From contig CAWIEK010000002.1 of assembly GCA_963835065.1 (NCBI GenBank), positions 64,001 through 128,000 of the forward strand: a DNA stretch of 64,000 nt, given 5' to 3'. The number at the start of each line of letters is the position of its first letter. The first letter of the stretch is position 1. Positions 22,390 through 30,652 of the stretch are shown here, in pieces. The position numbers and the translations under genes were made by a program. Below the pieces are notes generated by a model that was not told the DNA's origin, searched no databases, and worked only from the letters and a program-made list of their open reading frames with translations. Source of the DNA: an uncultured Chthonomonadaceae bacterium. Its GTDB lineage: Bacteria > Armatimonadota > Chthonomonadetes > Chthonomonadales > Chthonomonadaceae.

Positions 22390-24172
22390 ATGAAAATCCT
22401 GATTGCTGAAGATGATCCTATTCCGCGCCGACTGCTGCAAGCCTCGCTGACGAAAAGCGGCTACGAGGTTGTGGTGGCGCGGGACGGGAATGAGGCGTGG
22501 GAGGCGCTGCAGGCCGAAGACGCGCCCAAATTGGCGATATTGGACTGGCTGATGCCCGGAATGGATGGCGTGGACGTGTGTCGTCGCGTTCGGCAGCGGG
22601 CTAACGCGCCTTACGTTTACCTGCTCCTGCTGACTTCCAAAGACAGCAAGGAGGATGTTGTCCGGGGCATGGACGCGGGCGCGGACGATTATCTTACCAA
22701 GCCGTTCGACCCGCACGAATTGCAGGTGCGCCTTCATGCCGGACAGCGTATTCTGGAATTGGAAGCCGCCCTGCTTCGCTCTTATGAAGAATTGGAGCGG
22801 GCGCATCGGCGCGAAGGCGAAACCGGGGCCAAAATCCAGCAGACGCTGCTGCTGGAACCGCCGCCGCCCCACTATGGCGGAATGGAGGTCGCCGCGCTGA
22901 CCATTCCCTCGCAGCAGATAGACGGCGATTTTTACGACTTTTTTACGCACCCGAACCCGTATCTGGATGTGGTTGTCGGTGACGTGATGGGCAAGGGAAT
23001 CGCCGCCGCCCTGCTCGGCGCAGCCATCAAAAGCCAATTTCTGCGCGCCCTGAGCCACCTCTTAATTGCCGAACACGGACGCCTGCCCGACCCGGAAGTG
23101 ATTGTCGCTGCCGTGCATCAAGCCGTCACGGGGCAGTTCATCGGGCTGGAATTTTTTGCCACGCTGTGTTACGCCCGCTTCGATCCCAAACAGCAACAGG
23201 TCACGTTTGTAGACTGCGGCCACACCAAAACCATCCGCTTTCGGCCCGCAACGGGCGTATGCGACACGCTGGAAGGCGACAACATGCCCCTCGGCGTCAG
23301 TGAAAAGGAAGTGTACCGGCAGGCGACAGTCGCGTGTCAGGAAAGCGACGTGTTTTGCTTTTACTCGGACGGCGTGACGGAAGCCCACAACCCTTCAGGA
23401 GAACAGTTCGGCGCAGACAGGCTGACAGCCATCATACAGGAAAGCGGACACGACAGCGCCCAGGAACTCATTGACGCTATTCACCGTGCCGTCGTCACGT
23501 TCTCGCAAAAAGCGAAGTTTGCCGATGACCTGACGTGCGTAGTGGTGAAAATGGGCGGGCAAGGCGTTTCTTGTGTCATGGACGCCGAAAATGCTACCCT
23601 TGCAATAGACGCAAAAAACGACTGCCGCTGCAATGGACGCGGAAAGCGCGGCTCCTGCGATAGTCCGGAAAGAAACTGGCCCTCTACAGGGAGGAGGCGA
23701 GACTGCTCCTGCCACATTGGAAATCACTAGCGATCTGGCGCAACTGGCAGCCGTTCGCGCGTTCGTTCGTGACTTTTGTGTTCGCAGTTCGCGTGGCAAC
23801 CCCGACGAAGACGGCATTGCGCAACTGGAAATCGCCGTCAACGAGGCGTTGAGCAACGTCATCCGCCACGCCTACGAGGGACAAGCCGACCGGCACATTC
23901 AGGTAGTGGCGTCCTTCTCCGAGGATGGCGTTGCCATTGAACTGCACCATCATGGCCTGCCCTTCAGCCCCAACAACGCCCCGCCGCCAAGTTTCGACGG
24001 CTCCCGCGACGGCGGCTTCGGCGTTTACATGATTGCGCAAAGCGTGGATGCCGTCCACTACGCTCAGGATGCGAACGGGCGGAACACGATTCGGTTGGTT
24101 AAGCAGATGAAATACGTGAGGTGTTGGGTGTTCAGGTGTTCGGGTGTTCGGAAGATGCCTCGTTCAACGTAA
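22390..24172 (+). CDS. REC + PP2C (RsbU/SpoIIE) phosphatase, probably fused to an RsbW-like kinase; one apparent +1 frameshift
   Basis: KILIAEDD, GDFYD, GDVMGKG, YSDGVTEA, DDLT; second frame (23633-24172) has EALSNVIRHAY and GGFGVYMI; extra A in the A6 run 23613-23618. Confidence 0.8.
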
Positions 24173-24233
24173 GCTGCATTGTCCCGAATACCCGAACACC
24201 CGAACACCCGAACACCCACCCAGGAGAATTACG

Positions 24234-24572
24234 ATGGAATTGGCGAAGGAGCAGGAAGGCGACGTTGTGATTGTTACGCCGCAGGGGGAGTTTCTGGACG
24301 CGAGCAATGCCGAGGCGTTCAAGCGGGACAGCGCGGCTTTGCTGGAAGGCAAGGCGCGGGTCGTGTTCGACATGAGTCGGCTGCAATTCGTGGACAGCGC
24401 GGGATTGGGCGCATTGCTGTCGTGTATGCGAAAACTAAGCGGCGCGGGCGGCGACTTGAAATTAGTTGGCCTTTCCAAACCGGTACGCGCCACCTTTGAA
24501 GTATCGCGGATGCACCGCATTTTCGACATCTACGCGACAAAAGAAGAAGCAGTCAAGGCGTTTGAAGCGTAG
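24234..24572 (+). CDS. STAS anti-sigma factor antagonist (RsbV-like)
   Basis: AGGAG SD; FDMSRLQFVDSAGLGALL with the conserved phospho-Ser. Confidence 0.92.
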   Translation: MELAKEQEGDVVIVTPQGEFLDASNAEAFKRDSAALLEGKARVVFDMSRLQFVDSAGLGALLSCMRKLSGAGGDLKLVGLSKPVRATFEVSRMHRIFDIYATKEEAVKAFEA

Positions 24573-24654
24573 CGAGTCGCAATAACGTTTACATCTTTGG
24601 GCGGGCTTCATTGACATTAATCAAAGTTTTCCCGTCTACCAACGAACAAACAGC

Positions 24655-24987
24655 TTATGATAAAACGAGGAAGGTTGCGGCGGCATCTGCCTCGAACTCC
24701 TTGACAGCCTCAAGATTGTCCCGCAAAACTCTTTCGATGGCATGAGTGGAACAATTACCAAGCCTTACCCAAATTACCTTTGGCGGGTAGCCTCGAACCA
24801 AGCTGCGCTGATGGAAATCAGAGTCTTTGGAAACAATCGTAAAGTTGTTTCGCTTGGCATAATCCCATATTATTGTGTCGCTCGCTTCTTTGAGACCGGC
24901 ATCACCTACATGCTGAGAGGTAGGGTAAACATCTGCCAGAGCGCCCACAAGCCGGTAGGATAGGTTCTGGTCAAATAAAAGTTTCAT
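24655..24987 (-). CDS. DUF5615 PIN-like toxin (VapC45-like)
   Basis: MKLLFDQNLS, IVSKDSDF, PPKVIWVRLGNCST. Confidence 0.88.
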   Translation of the reverse strand: MKLLFDQNLSYRLVGALADVYPTSQHVGDAGLKEASDTIIWDYAKRNNFTIVSKDSDFHQRSLVRGYPPKVIWVRLGNCSTHAIERVLRDNLEAVKEFEADAAATFLVLS

Positions 24988-25208
24988 ACCGGTACGCCGA
25001 GCAGCTTACGCTCACGATCAGCCGCGAAGGCAAGACACGCTTTGAGGTCTTCGTGGGTGAGGTCAGGAAAGTCTTCCAATATTTCTTCTTCCGTCATATC
25101 AGAAGCCATGTAATCTAAAACGTCGTAGACAGTGATGCGCAAACCGCGAATACAGGGCTTGCCGCCGCGCTTGTCTGGTTCGATGGTGATGTAGTTCTGG
25201 TAGTTCAT
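24984..25208 (-). CDS. DUF433 antitoxin
   Basis: ITIEPDKRGGKPCIRGLRITVYDVL, EEILEDFPDLT.ED..ACLAFAA; ATGA overlap with the toxin. Confidence 0.92.
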   Translation of the reverse strand: MNYQNYITIEPDKRGGKPCIRGLRITVYDVLDYMASDMTEEEILEDFPDLTHEDLKACLAFAADRERKLLGVPV

Positions 25209-25336
25209 AACACACCTTCTACTCTCTTGAAGAATACGGCATATCCCTCTATGTACGTCTGCTACAAACACACTCTCTTCTGGAAGAAGGAAGCGCCATG
25301 CAAACAGTTAAGGGAACGTTCCGTATATTGCTTGTC

Positions 25337-25365
25337 ATTATAGCGGAGAACTTACGCGGTGTCAA
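25337..25365 (-). promoter_or_regulatory. Consensus sigma70 promoter for the TA operon
   Basis: TTGACA-17-TATAAT on the minus strand. Confidence 0.75.
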
Positions 25366-25567
25366 CCACTTATGAAGACGGGAATGAGTTGAACAGAACT
25401 GATTTTATCCTTCTTCAATGTTCAAGCATTGCGCATCAAATGTAGTTTGTAGGCCGCACAAGATTTTAGCGGACAGGAACGCGAACAATTTAGCCTTCGC
25501 CCTGCAAGGGAGAAGGTAGCCCCCGACGGATGAGGGTAGAGGCTTTCAATACCACAGGGAGAAACGT

Positions 25568-26851
25568 ATGACGACACCATCTCGACGAGATTTTCTCAAA
25601 ACGACAACCACAACGGGCGCGGCGGCGGCACTGCTGGCGACGGGCAATTATGCGTATCCGCAGGGCGCGAAGAAACTGAGCGTCGGGCTTATCGGGTGCG
25701 GCGGGCGCGGCACGGGCGCGGCGGCGCAGGCGCTCAATGCGGACCCGGACGCGATTTTAACCGCAATGGGCGATGTGGCGCAGTCGCAGATTGACAACAG
25801 CCTGAGCGCGTTGAAGGGCGAAGCGTCGGTTGCCGGTCGGGTACAGGTGACGCCCGAACACAGCTTTGTCGGGCTGGACAGCTACAAGAAAGTGCTGGAC
25901 AGCGGCATTGACGTGGTGCTGATGGCCTCGCCGCCCGGTTTCCGCCCGCAGCATATTATCGCTTCGGTGGACGCGGGCAAGCATGTGTTCGCGGAAAAGC
26001 CGATGGGCACGGATGCCATCAATGTTCATGCCGCGCTGGAAGCGGCGAAACGGGCGCAGGCGAAAAATCTCGCGTTCGTGTCCGGTTTCTGCTGGCGGTA
26101 CAATCCGCCGCACCGCGCCTTTTACAAGCGCATCCACGAGGGCGCGATAGGGCAGGTGCGCTCGGTTTACGCCACGTACCTGACCGGGCCGGTGAAGCCG
26201 ATGCCGCCCGCCAACACGCGCCCGGCAGGCATGAGCGACGTGGAATGGCAAATCCGCAACTGGTACAACTTCGTGTGGCTGTCAGGCGACGGGCTGGTGG
26301 AGCAGGCGTGTCACAGCATTGACAAGATTTTATGGGCGATGAACGATGTTCCGCCGCTGCGCTGCGTGGGAACGGGCGGGCGCGTTTTGCCCAATAACGA
26401 GGGCAACATCTACGACCACATAGACGTGTTTTACGAGTGGGCGGACGGCAGGCGGGCAACGATGGCGCAGCGCCAAATTCCCTCCCCCTACAACGACAAC
26501 TCGGACTACATCACGGGTTCAAAGGGCGAGGGCATCATCAAGGGCGGCAGCGTGGAAACGCATGGCGATACGGCGTGGAAGTACGAGGGGCCGCAAAAGA
26601 ACATGTATCAGGTGGAGCATGACGAACTGTTCGCGTCCATCCGCAAAAACATGCCGCTCAACGACGGCGAGCGCATGGCGCGGAGTACGCTGATGGGCTT
26701 GATGGGGCGCATGGCGGCGTATACGGGCGAAGAGATCACATGGGAGCAGATGCTGAAATCGCAGGAGCGTCTGGTTCCCGTCAAACTGGAATGGAACATG
26801 AGCCTGCCGATTGCGCCCCTCGCCATTCCCGGCAAAAACACGTTCGTGTAA
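25568..26851 (+). CDS. Tat-exported Gfo/Idh/MocA oxidoreductase
   Basis: SRRDFLK, VGLIGCGGRGTGA, HVFAEKP, EQACHSID. Confidence 0.92.
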   Translation: MTTPSRRDFLKTTTTTGAAAALLATGNYAYPQGAKKLSVGLIGCGGRGTGAAAQALNADPDAILTAMGDVAQSQIDNSLSALKGEASVAGRVQVTPEHSFVGLDSYKKVLDSGIDVVLMASPPGFRPQHIIASVDAGKHVFAEKPMGTDAINVHAALEAAKRAQAKNLAFVSGFCWRYNPPHRAFYKRIHEGAIGQVRSVYATYLTGPVKPMPPANTRPAGMSDVEWQIRNWYNFVWLSGDGLVEQACHSIDKILWAMNDVPPLRCVGTGGRVLPNNEGNIYDHIDVFYEWADGRRATMAQRQIPSPYNDNSDYITGSKGEGIIKGGSVETHGDTAWKYEGPQKNMYQVEHDELFASIRKNMPLNDGERMARSTLMGLMGRMAAYTGEEITWEQMLKSQERLVPVKLEWNMSLPIAPLAIPGKNTFV

Positions 26852-26856
26852 TTAAA

Positions 26857-26930
26857 GCCCTCACCCCAACCCCTCTCCCACAAAACGTATTTCTGCTTCG
26901 CTTTGGAAATACGTTTTGTGTGAGAGGGGC
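26857..26930. repeat. CCCTCACCCC/CCCTCTCCC...GAGAGGGG palindromic element
   Basis: ccctctcccacaaaacgtattt / aaatacgttttgtgtgagaggg IR; related sequences near 25494-25537 and 32787-32850. Confidence 0.7.
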
Positions 26931-27017
26931 TAATTTGAGTTTGACCAACTCCCCCGATAATTTGCGCTCTTCGCCAACACCTGACACCTGACACCTGACA
27001 CCTGAAACCTGCACACC

Positions 27018-27254
27018 CTGACCACGTATTTCAAGCACTACCGCAGGCGGATGCAGACGACGTTTCGGAACCGGCAGGGGCAGCCAACCAGTTTCCGGCG
27101 CGAACTACAGGCACAGGCAACCCACTTGCGGCGCGTGATTTTACATCAGGAACCCTACGCGCCGTTTGAATTTCAGGTAGGCGGGCCGCATGACGATATT
27201 GCCCAACGCGACAAACCGGCGCAAACCTTGCTCAAGTACCAAAAGAAAAAGTGA
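27018..27254 (+). pseudogene. cas1: Cas1 C-terminal remnant
   Basis: LTTYFKHYRRRMQTTF..SFRRELQAQATHLRRVILHQEPYAPFEF resembles the Cas1 tail (F..YE.R.....SYR..I..QA..L...I....PY.PF); directly upstream of the CRISPR leader; 5' end is lost at a (CCTGACA)n tract. Confidence 0.65.
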
Positions 27255-27437
27255 TTTTGCCTCAGCAGCAAAGACAAGGGTAAGCCAGTGTCGGCGCTAA
27301 CCTCCAAAACGCTCAAAATAGGGTAGGTTAGCGCCGGAAAAATAATCTCAACATGCTTGACAACACACGAAAAATACGCTATACTGGCTCTATGTTTCCG
27401 AGGTTAGCGCCGATGAGAAGGAAACATGAGATAGAGG
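27255..27437 (+). promoter_or_regulatory. CRISPR leader with promoter
   Basis: TTGACA(27357-27362)-17-TATACT(27380-27385); 12-bp motif AGGTTAGCGCCG at 27325 and 27401 and inverted at 27292. Confidence 0.8.
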
Positions 27438-27705
27438 GTTGCAACCCGACCTCTTCCCCGTAGGGGATTGAAACGGATAGTTTTGCAAGTAGGCATCTTC
27501 TGTCACGGCGTCATAGTTGCAACCCGACCTCTTCCCCGTAGGGGATTGAAACGTATGTACCGCGAACGACATTCATTGCGCCAAGGTATCGGTTGCAACC
27601 CGACCTATTCCCCGTAGGGGATTGAAACGCTTTGTTACTGAAGCAAGTGAGGACCATCAACCCCACCAGTTGCAACCCGGCCTCTTCCCCGTAGGGGATT
27701 GAAAC
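27438..27705 (+). CRISPR. CRISPR array: 4 x 37-nt repeats GTTGCAACCCGACCTCTTCCCCGTAGGGGATTGAAAC, 3 spacers (41, 39, 40 nt)
   Basis: Repeats start at 27438, 27516, 27592, 27669; ATTGAAAC 3' handle; CCCC-GTA-GGGG hairpin; single mismatches only in the two leader-distal repeats. Confidence 0.97.
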
Positions 27706-27707
27706 GG

Positions 27708-27746
27708 AAAAGGTGGATAGAGCATGATAGGCTCTATCCACCTTTT
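27708..27746 (+). terminator. Intrinsic terminator after the array
   Basis: aaaaggtggatagagc-loop-gctctatccacctttt followed by a T-rich tail. Confidence 0.85.
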
Positions 27747-27813
27747 TCTTGTTAGTCGTCCTTGTTCCGAATTCGCCTCCAACCTCTCCGCGTTGTTCCC
27801 CGTCGGGATTTCC

Positions 27814-27916
27814 TTTGTCTGAACCAGGATTTATGTGATTTTGATGATTACCATGAGGAACGCGCCTCCTCAATCATGCTAATCCTCAAAACCCTAAAAA
27901 TCATGGTTCAGACAAA
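27814..27916. repeat. Inverted-repeat element (TTTGTCTGAACC ends)
   Basis: tttgtctgaaccaggattt ... aaatcatggttcagacaaa. Confidence 0.6.
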
Positions 27917-27996
27917 TTAGATCAGGTACACGCTTTGCCAGCCGTCGCGTTCGGCGTCGGGCGGGAACAGGGGCAGGCGGACGCGCTTCGTAGGCG

Positions 27997-28932
27997 CTAC
28001 AAGGGTTTTGTCACCAACACGGGGCTTGTGCGCAGGGAGACAAGCGTACTCTGCTGGCGGAGCGCCTCCGGCAACAAGGCCGCGCCGTTCTCGTCATGCA
28101 GGCGAACGCTCTGACGCAGATACTCAATCTTTCTTTCTTCCAGAACCGTTGCCAAAATCATCCCGCCAGACATGGTGGCGGTTGCGCCTGTAATATCGGC
28201 CATGATCTCATCTACTTCCACGTTGGCCTCCAGAGTGGCCTTGCGATAGACTTCGTTGACGACTTCTACCATACATTCTATCTGGTCGTACTCTTTTACA
28301 GGAACGGGATGACACGTTACGGTCTGCCCCGTAAACTTCTTGATGATGCTTTCTGCAACGCCAAACTCACCTGCCGAACCTTTGTCATTCGGCCCTTTTC
28401 CGTCTTCCGTGCAAATAACCCAGCAATGCTTTAAGGTGGCGGCATGATGCTGTACCGCCACTAGCAACGGCCCCCAATTGGATTTCAGCAGTTCCGCGCG
28501 AAAATCTTCCTGTTCAATAGCTGCTTTGACGGTAGCCACGTCCTTGAAGCGGCTCTCGCCCCGCCGGTCACTGTAGCGACTCAGCATCACAATCAGCGCT
28601 TGGCAGGGCTTTGGCGGCTCAAATGTGAACGAATGTTCCACCGAAGTCCTACGATAATTACGCGCCATAAGCCATACGGCGATTGCAAACAGCAGCAACG
28701 GCAGCGCAAAATCCGCCCCCATTCCGGCCAGCATCTCGCCCGGCTTATCAATGGTAAGCAAGCCGATTCGGTAAAGCAACAACCTTGCAATCCCGCTCAT
28801 CAGGCCGTACAAAGCGTTCGTAAATACGGCGAACATCGCTGCAGAATAGAAAAATGTCACTATAGCTTTGCCGGTTCGATTGCGGCTGAAGTCGAACATC
28901 CGGCTGAACGCTTCGAGAAGTTTACGGTTCAT
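27997..28932 (-). CDS. TM + CARF domain protein (Cam1-like type III CRISPR membrane effector)
   Basis: Two N-terminal hydrophobic helices; LIVMLS strand, NWGP..VAVQHH...L..CW.ICT, IMADITGATATMSGG (CARF DITGGxxxMS motif); in an operon with csx15 and cas6. Confidence 0.75.
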   Translation of the reverse strand: MNRKLLEAFSRMFDFSRNRTGKAIVTFFYSAAMFAVFTNALYGLMSGIARLLLYRIGLLTIDKPGEMLAGMGADFALPLLLFAIAVWLMARNYRRTSVEHSFTFEPPKPCQALIVMLSRYSDRRGESRFKDVATVKAAIEQEDFRAELLKSNWGPLLVAVQHHAATLKHCWVICTEDGKGPNDKGSAGEFGVAESIIKKFTGQTVTCHPVPVKEYDQIECMVEVVNEVYRKATLEANVEVDEIMADITGATATMSGGMILATVLEERKIEYLRQSVRLHDENGAALLPEALRQQSTLVSLRTSPVLVTKPL

Positions 28933-28974
28933 AATGGCTTTCTGCCCGCTTGTAATCGGAGCAATTGGGTCGCA

Positions 28975-29355
28975 TCAGCGTTGATCGCGCGCCCCGTCCC
29001 GAACGGTTTGTAAATTGATGATTTCCGCCACTTCAAAGCGGGGCGGCGTGGTGTCGGGCACGGGGCGCAGGCGGAGGATGGCGGGGAAATAGCCGCAGCG
29101 CCCGTGCAGTTCCGCCAGCAGCAGCGCGGCAATCGCGTTGTAACTCGGCAGGCTGATGAGCAGGGGCAGCGTCTGCCACTCGTCCGCCGACAGGCCCGCC
29201 GCGCTCAAAAGCTGCTGCGCCTGCCCCGCGTAAGGCAATCCCGGATCGAACTGCGTTTTCACGTCAATCACGCGCTCTATCGCCTGCCCGCTCTGCTGTT
29301 CCACGCCCGCGCGCTGTTCCGCCGTCAGCGGATGCGCAAAATTCACCACAATCAT
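28975..29355 (-). CDS. csx15: CRISPR-associated protein Csx15-like
   Basis: MIVVNFAHPLT..Q, EWQTLPLL, LLAELHGRCGYFPAILRLRP....PP.FEVAEIINLQ..R..AR; GGAGG SD. Confidence 0.8.
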   Translation of the reverse strand: MIVVNFAHPLTAEQRAGVEQQSGQAIERVIDVKTQFDPGLPYAGQAQQLLSAAGLSADEWQTLPLLISLPSYNAIAALLLAELHGRCGYFPAILRLRPVPDTTPPRFEVAEIINLQTVRDGARDQR

Positions 29356-29530
29356 GCCGCCTCCCATTCCCCTTCCAACAAAACATTCCCACCCCTGCCC
29401 CCTCACCTCCAATCCTCCCGCCCCACCACCAACGCCACTTCCAAAAGTTACAGCAACCAGGCATCATCCTGAAACCTGAAACAGGCATCATCCTACTGAA
29501 ACCTGAAACCTGAAACCTGAAACCTGCCCC

Positions 29531-30363
29531 TTATCCCCTGACCCGCGTTTGCCCCATGCCGATACCCGTTTTGCGCCCGGTTCCGGCATAAAAGGCGAAT
29601 TCGGCCAGCACGGTGGCGAGGTGGCGCTCCTCGGCGGAAAGGTCGCCAAGCCCAAACGCGCACTCGCCCACAAACCCGGTCTGCGCCACGCCCTTGAACC
29701 GCATGGCGCGGGTTTGCAGATGGTACGGCCCCAACAAAATACGTTCCGCGCAGGCAAGCAGGGCATCCTCGGCGATCTGCGGCACATCGGCGGCGGCGTG
29801 GGCGTTCCAGGCGCGCGCCCACGACTGCCACAGCAGGCGCGGGTCGGGCCACAAAATGTCGCGGTCATGGGAACGGAACGCGGTGGGCGTGACAAAGCGC
29901 AGCGTGAGCGTGTCGGCAGGCGGCGTCCGGTTCCACAGGTGGGCAAAGGACGCGCTGTTGGCGTCCGGGTGGCCGTCGGGCGTGGTGAGTACGTCGTGGA
30001 GGGCGTACTGCGCCCTGCCCAACCGCAAGGGCGCGGGCGGCTCCTGCTTCAGCAGCCCATGTACAAATTGCGGAAACAGCCCCTCGTCGAGCAGGGTGAT
30101 GCGCAGGGCGCAGTCGGGATTTTCGATTTTCGATTTTCGATTTTCGATTGGGGATGTGGGTGTTGGGGCTTGGCGGCGGGGTCGGGCGGCAGGAGATAGA
30201 CGGTGAAGGGCTTGCGGGCGTTGGCGGCGTGGAGGCGTTCGGCAAGGTCGGCATCCCCGCGCGCCAGCAGTTCGTAAAAGGCGGCGTGAACCACATCTCC
30301 GGCGTGAACCGGCAGGGGCGCGTTGTTAAGTCGGCGGAGGGTCAGCAGAAAAGCGTCGGGCAT
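29531..30363 (-). CDS. cas6: Cas6 crRNA-processing endoribonuclease, frameshifted across a (GAAAATC)4 tract
   Basis: N-part ...HAAFY.LL...D..LA..LH....KPFTV; C-part LRITLL, LRFVTPTAF, GFVGEC.F, AFYAGTGRKTGIGMGQT Gly-rich loop; the two parts are in different frames. Confidence 0.88.
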
Positions 30364-30479
30364 GGCATCCTGTTCCGGGTATAGACTGCGCCGTAGTTCG
30401 CCCTGCCCGCGCCGTTTTCCTGCGCGATCTATTATGCGGGGTGCGATTTAAATTTGGGGCACTCACATTGGCACGGGTT

Positions 30480-30600
30480 GCCAGGGATTGAAAATCCCTG
30501 TCTGGACAAAACAAGCGTCTTGCACACGCGACCATCAATGCTAGAATCCGCGTCTGCAAGACGCTTGCACTTTCCTGCCGGGTATTTTCAATACCCGGCA
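30480..30600. repeat. REPIN-like family A copy 2
   Basis: cagggattgaaaatccctg ... aagcgtcttgca / tgcaagacgctt ... gccgggtattttcaatacccggc. Confidence 0.8.
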
Positions 30601-30652
30601 CAGGCAATGCCTTAATTTTGCAACGCACCCTATTATGCACACAACAATCGGA

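Noticed and set aside
23613..23619. A_AAA_AAC as a programmed -1 frameshift site
   Set aside because: Joining PP2C to RsbW needs a +1 shift, not -1, and the 27/28/27 repeat pattern points to an extra A.
30480..30600. REP family A hairpins as orphan CRISPR repeats
   Set aside because: They are inverted, lack the 5' two-thirds of the repeat and occur at many non-CRISPR sites.
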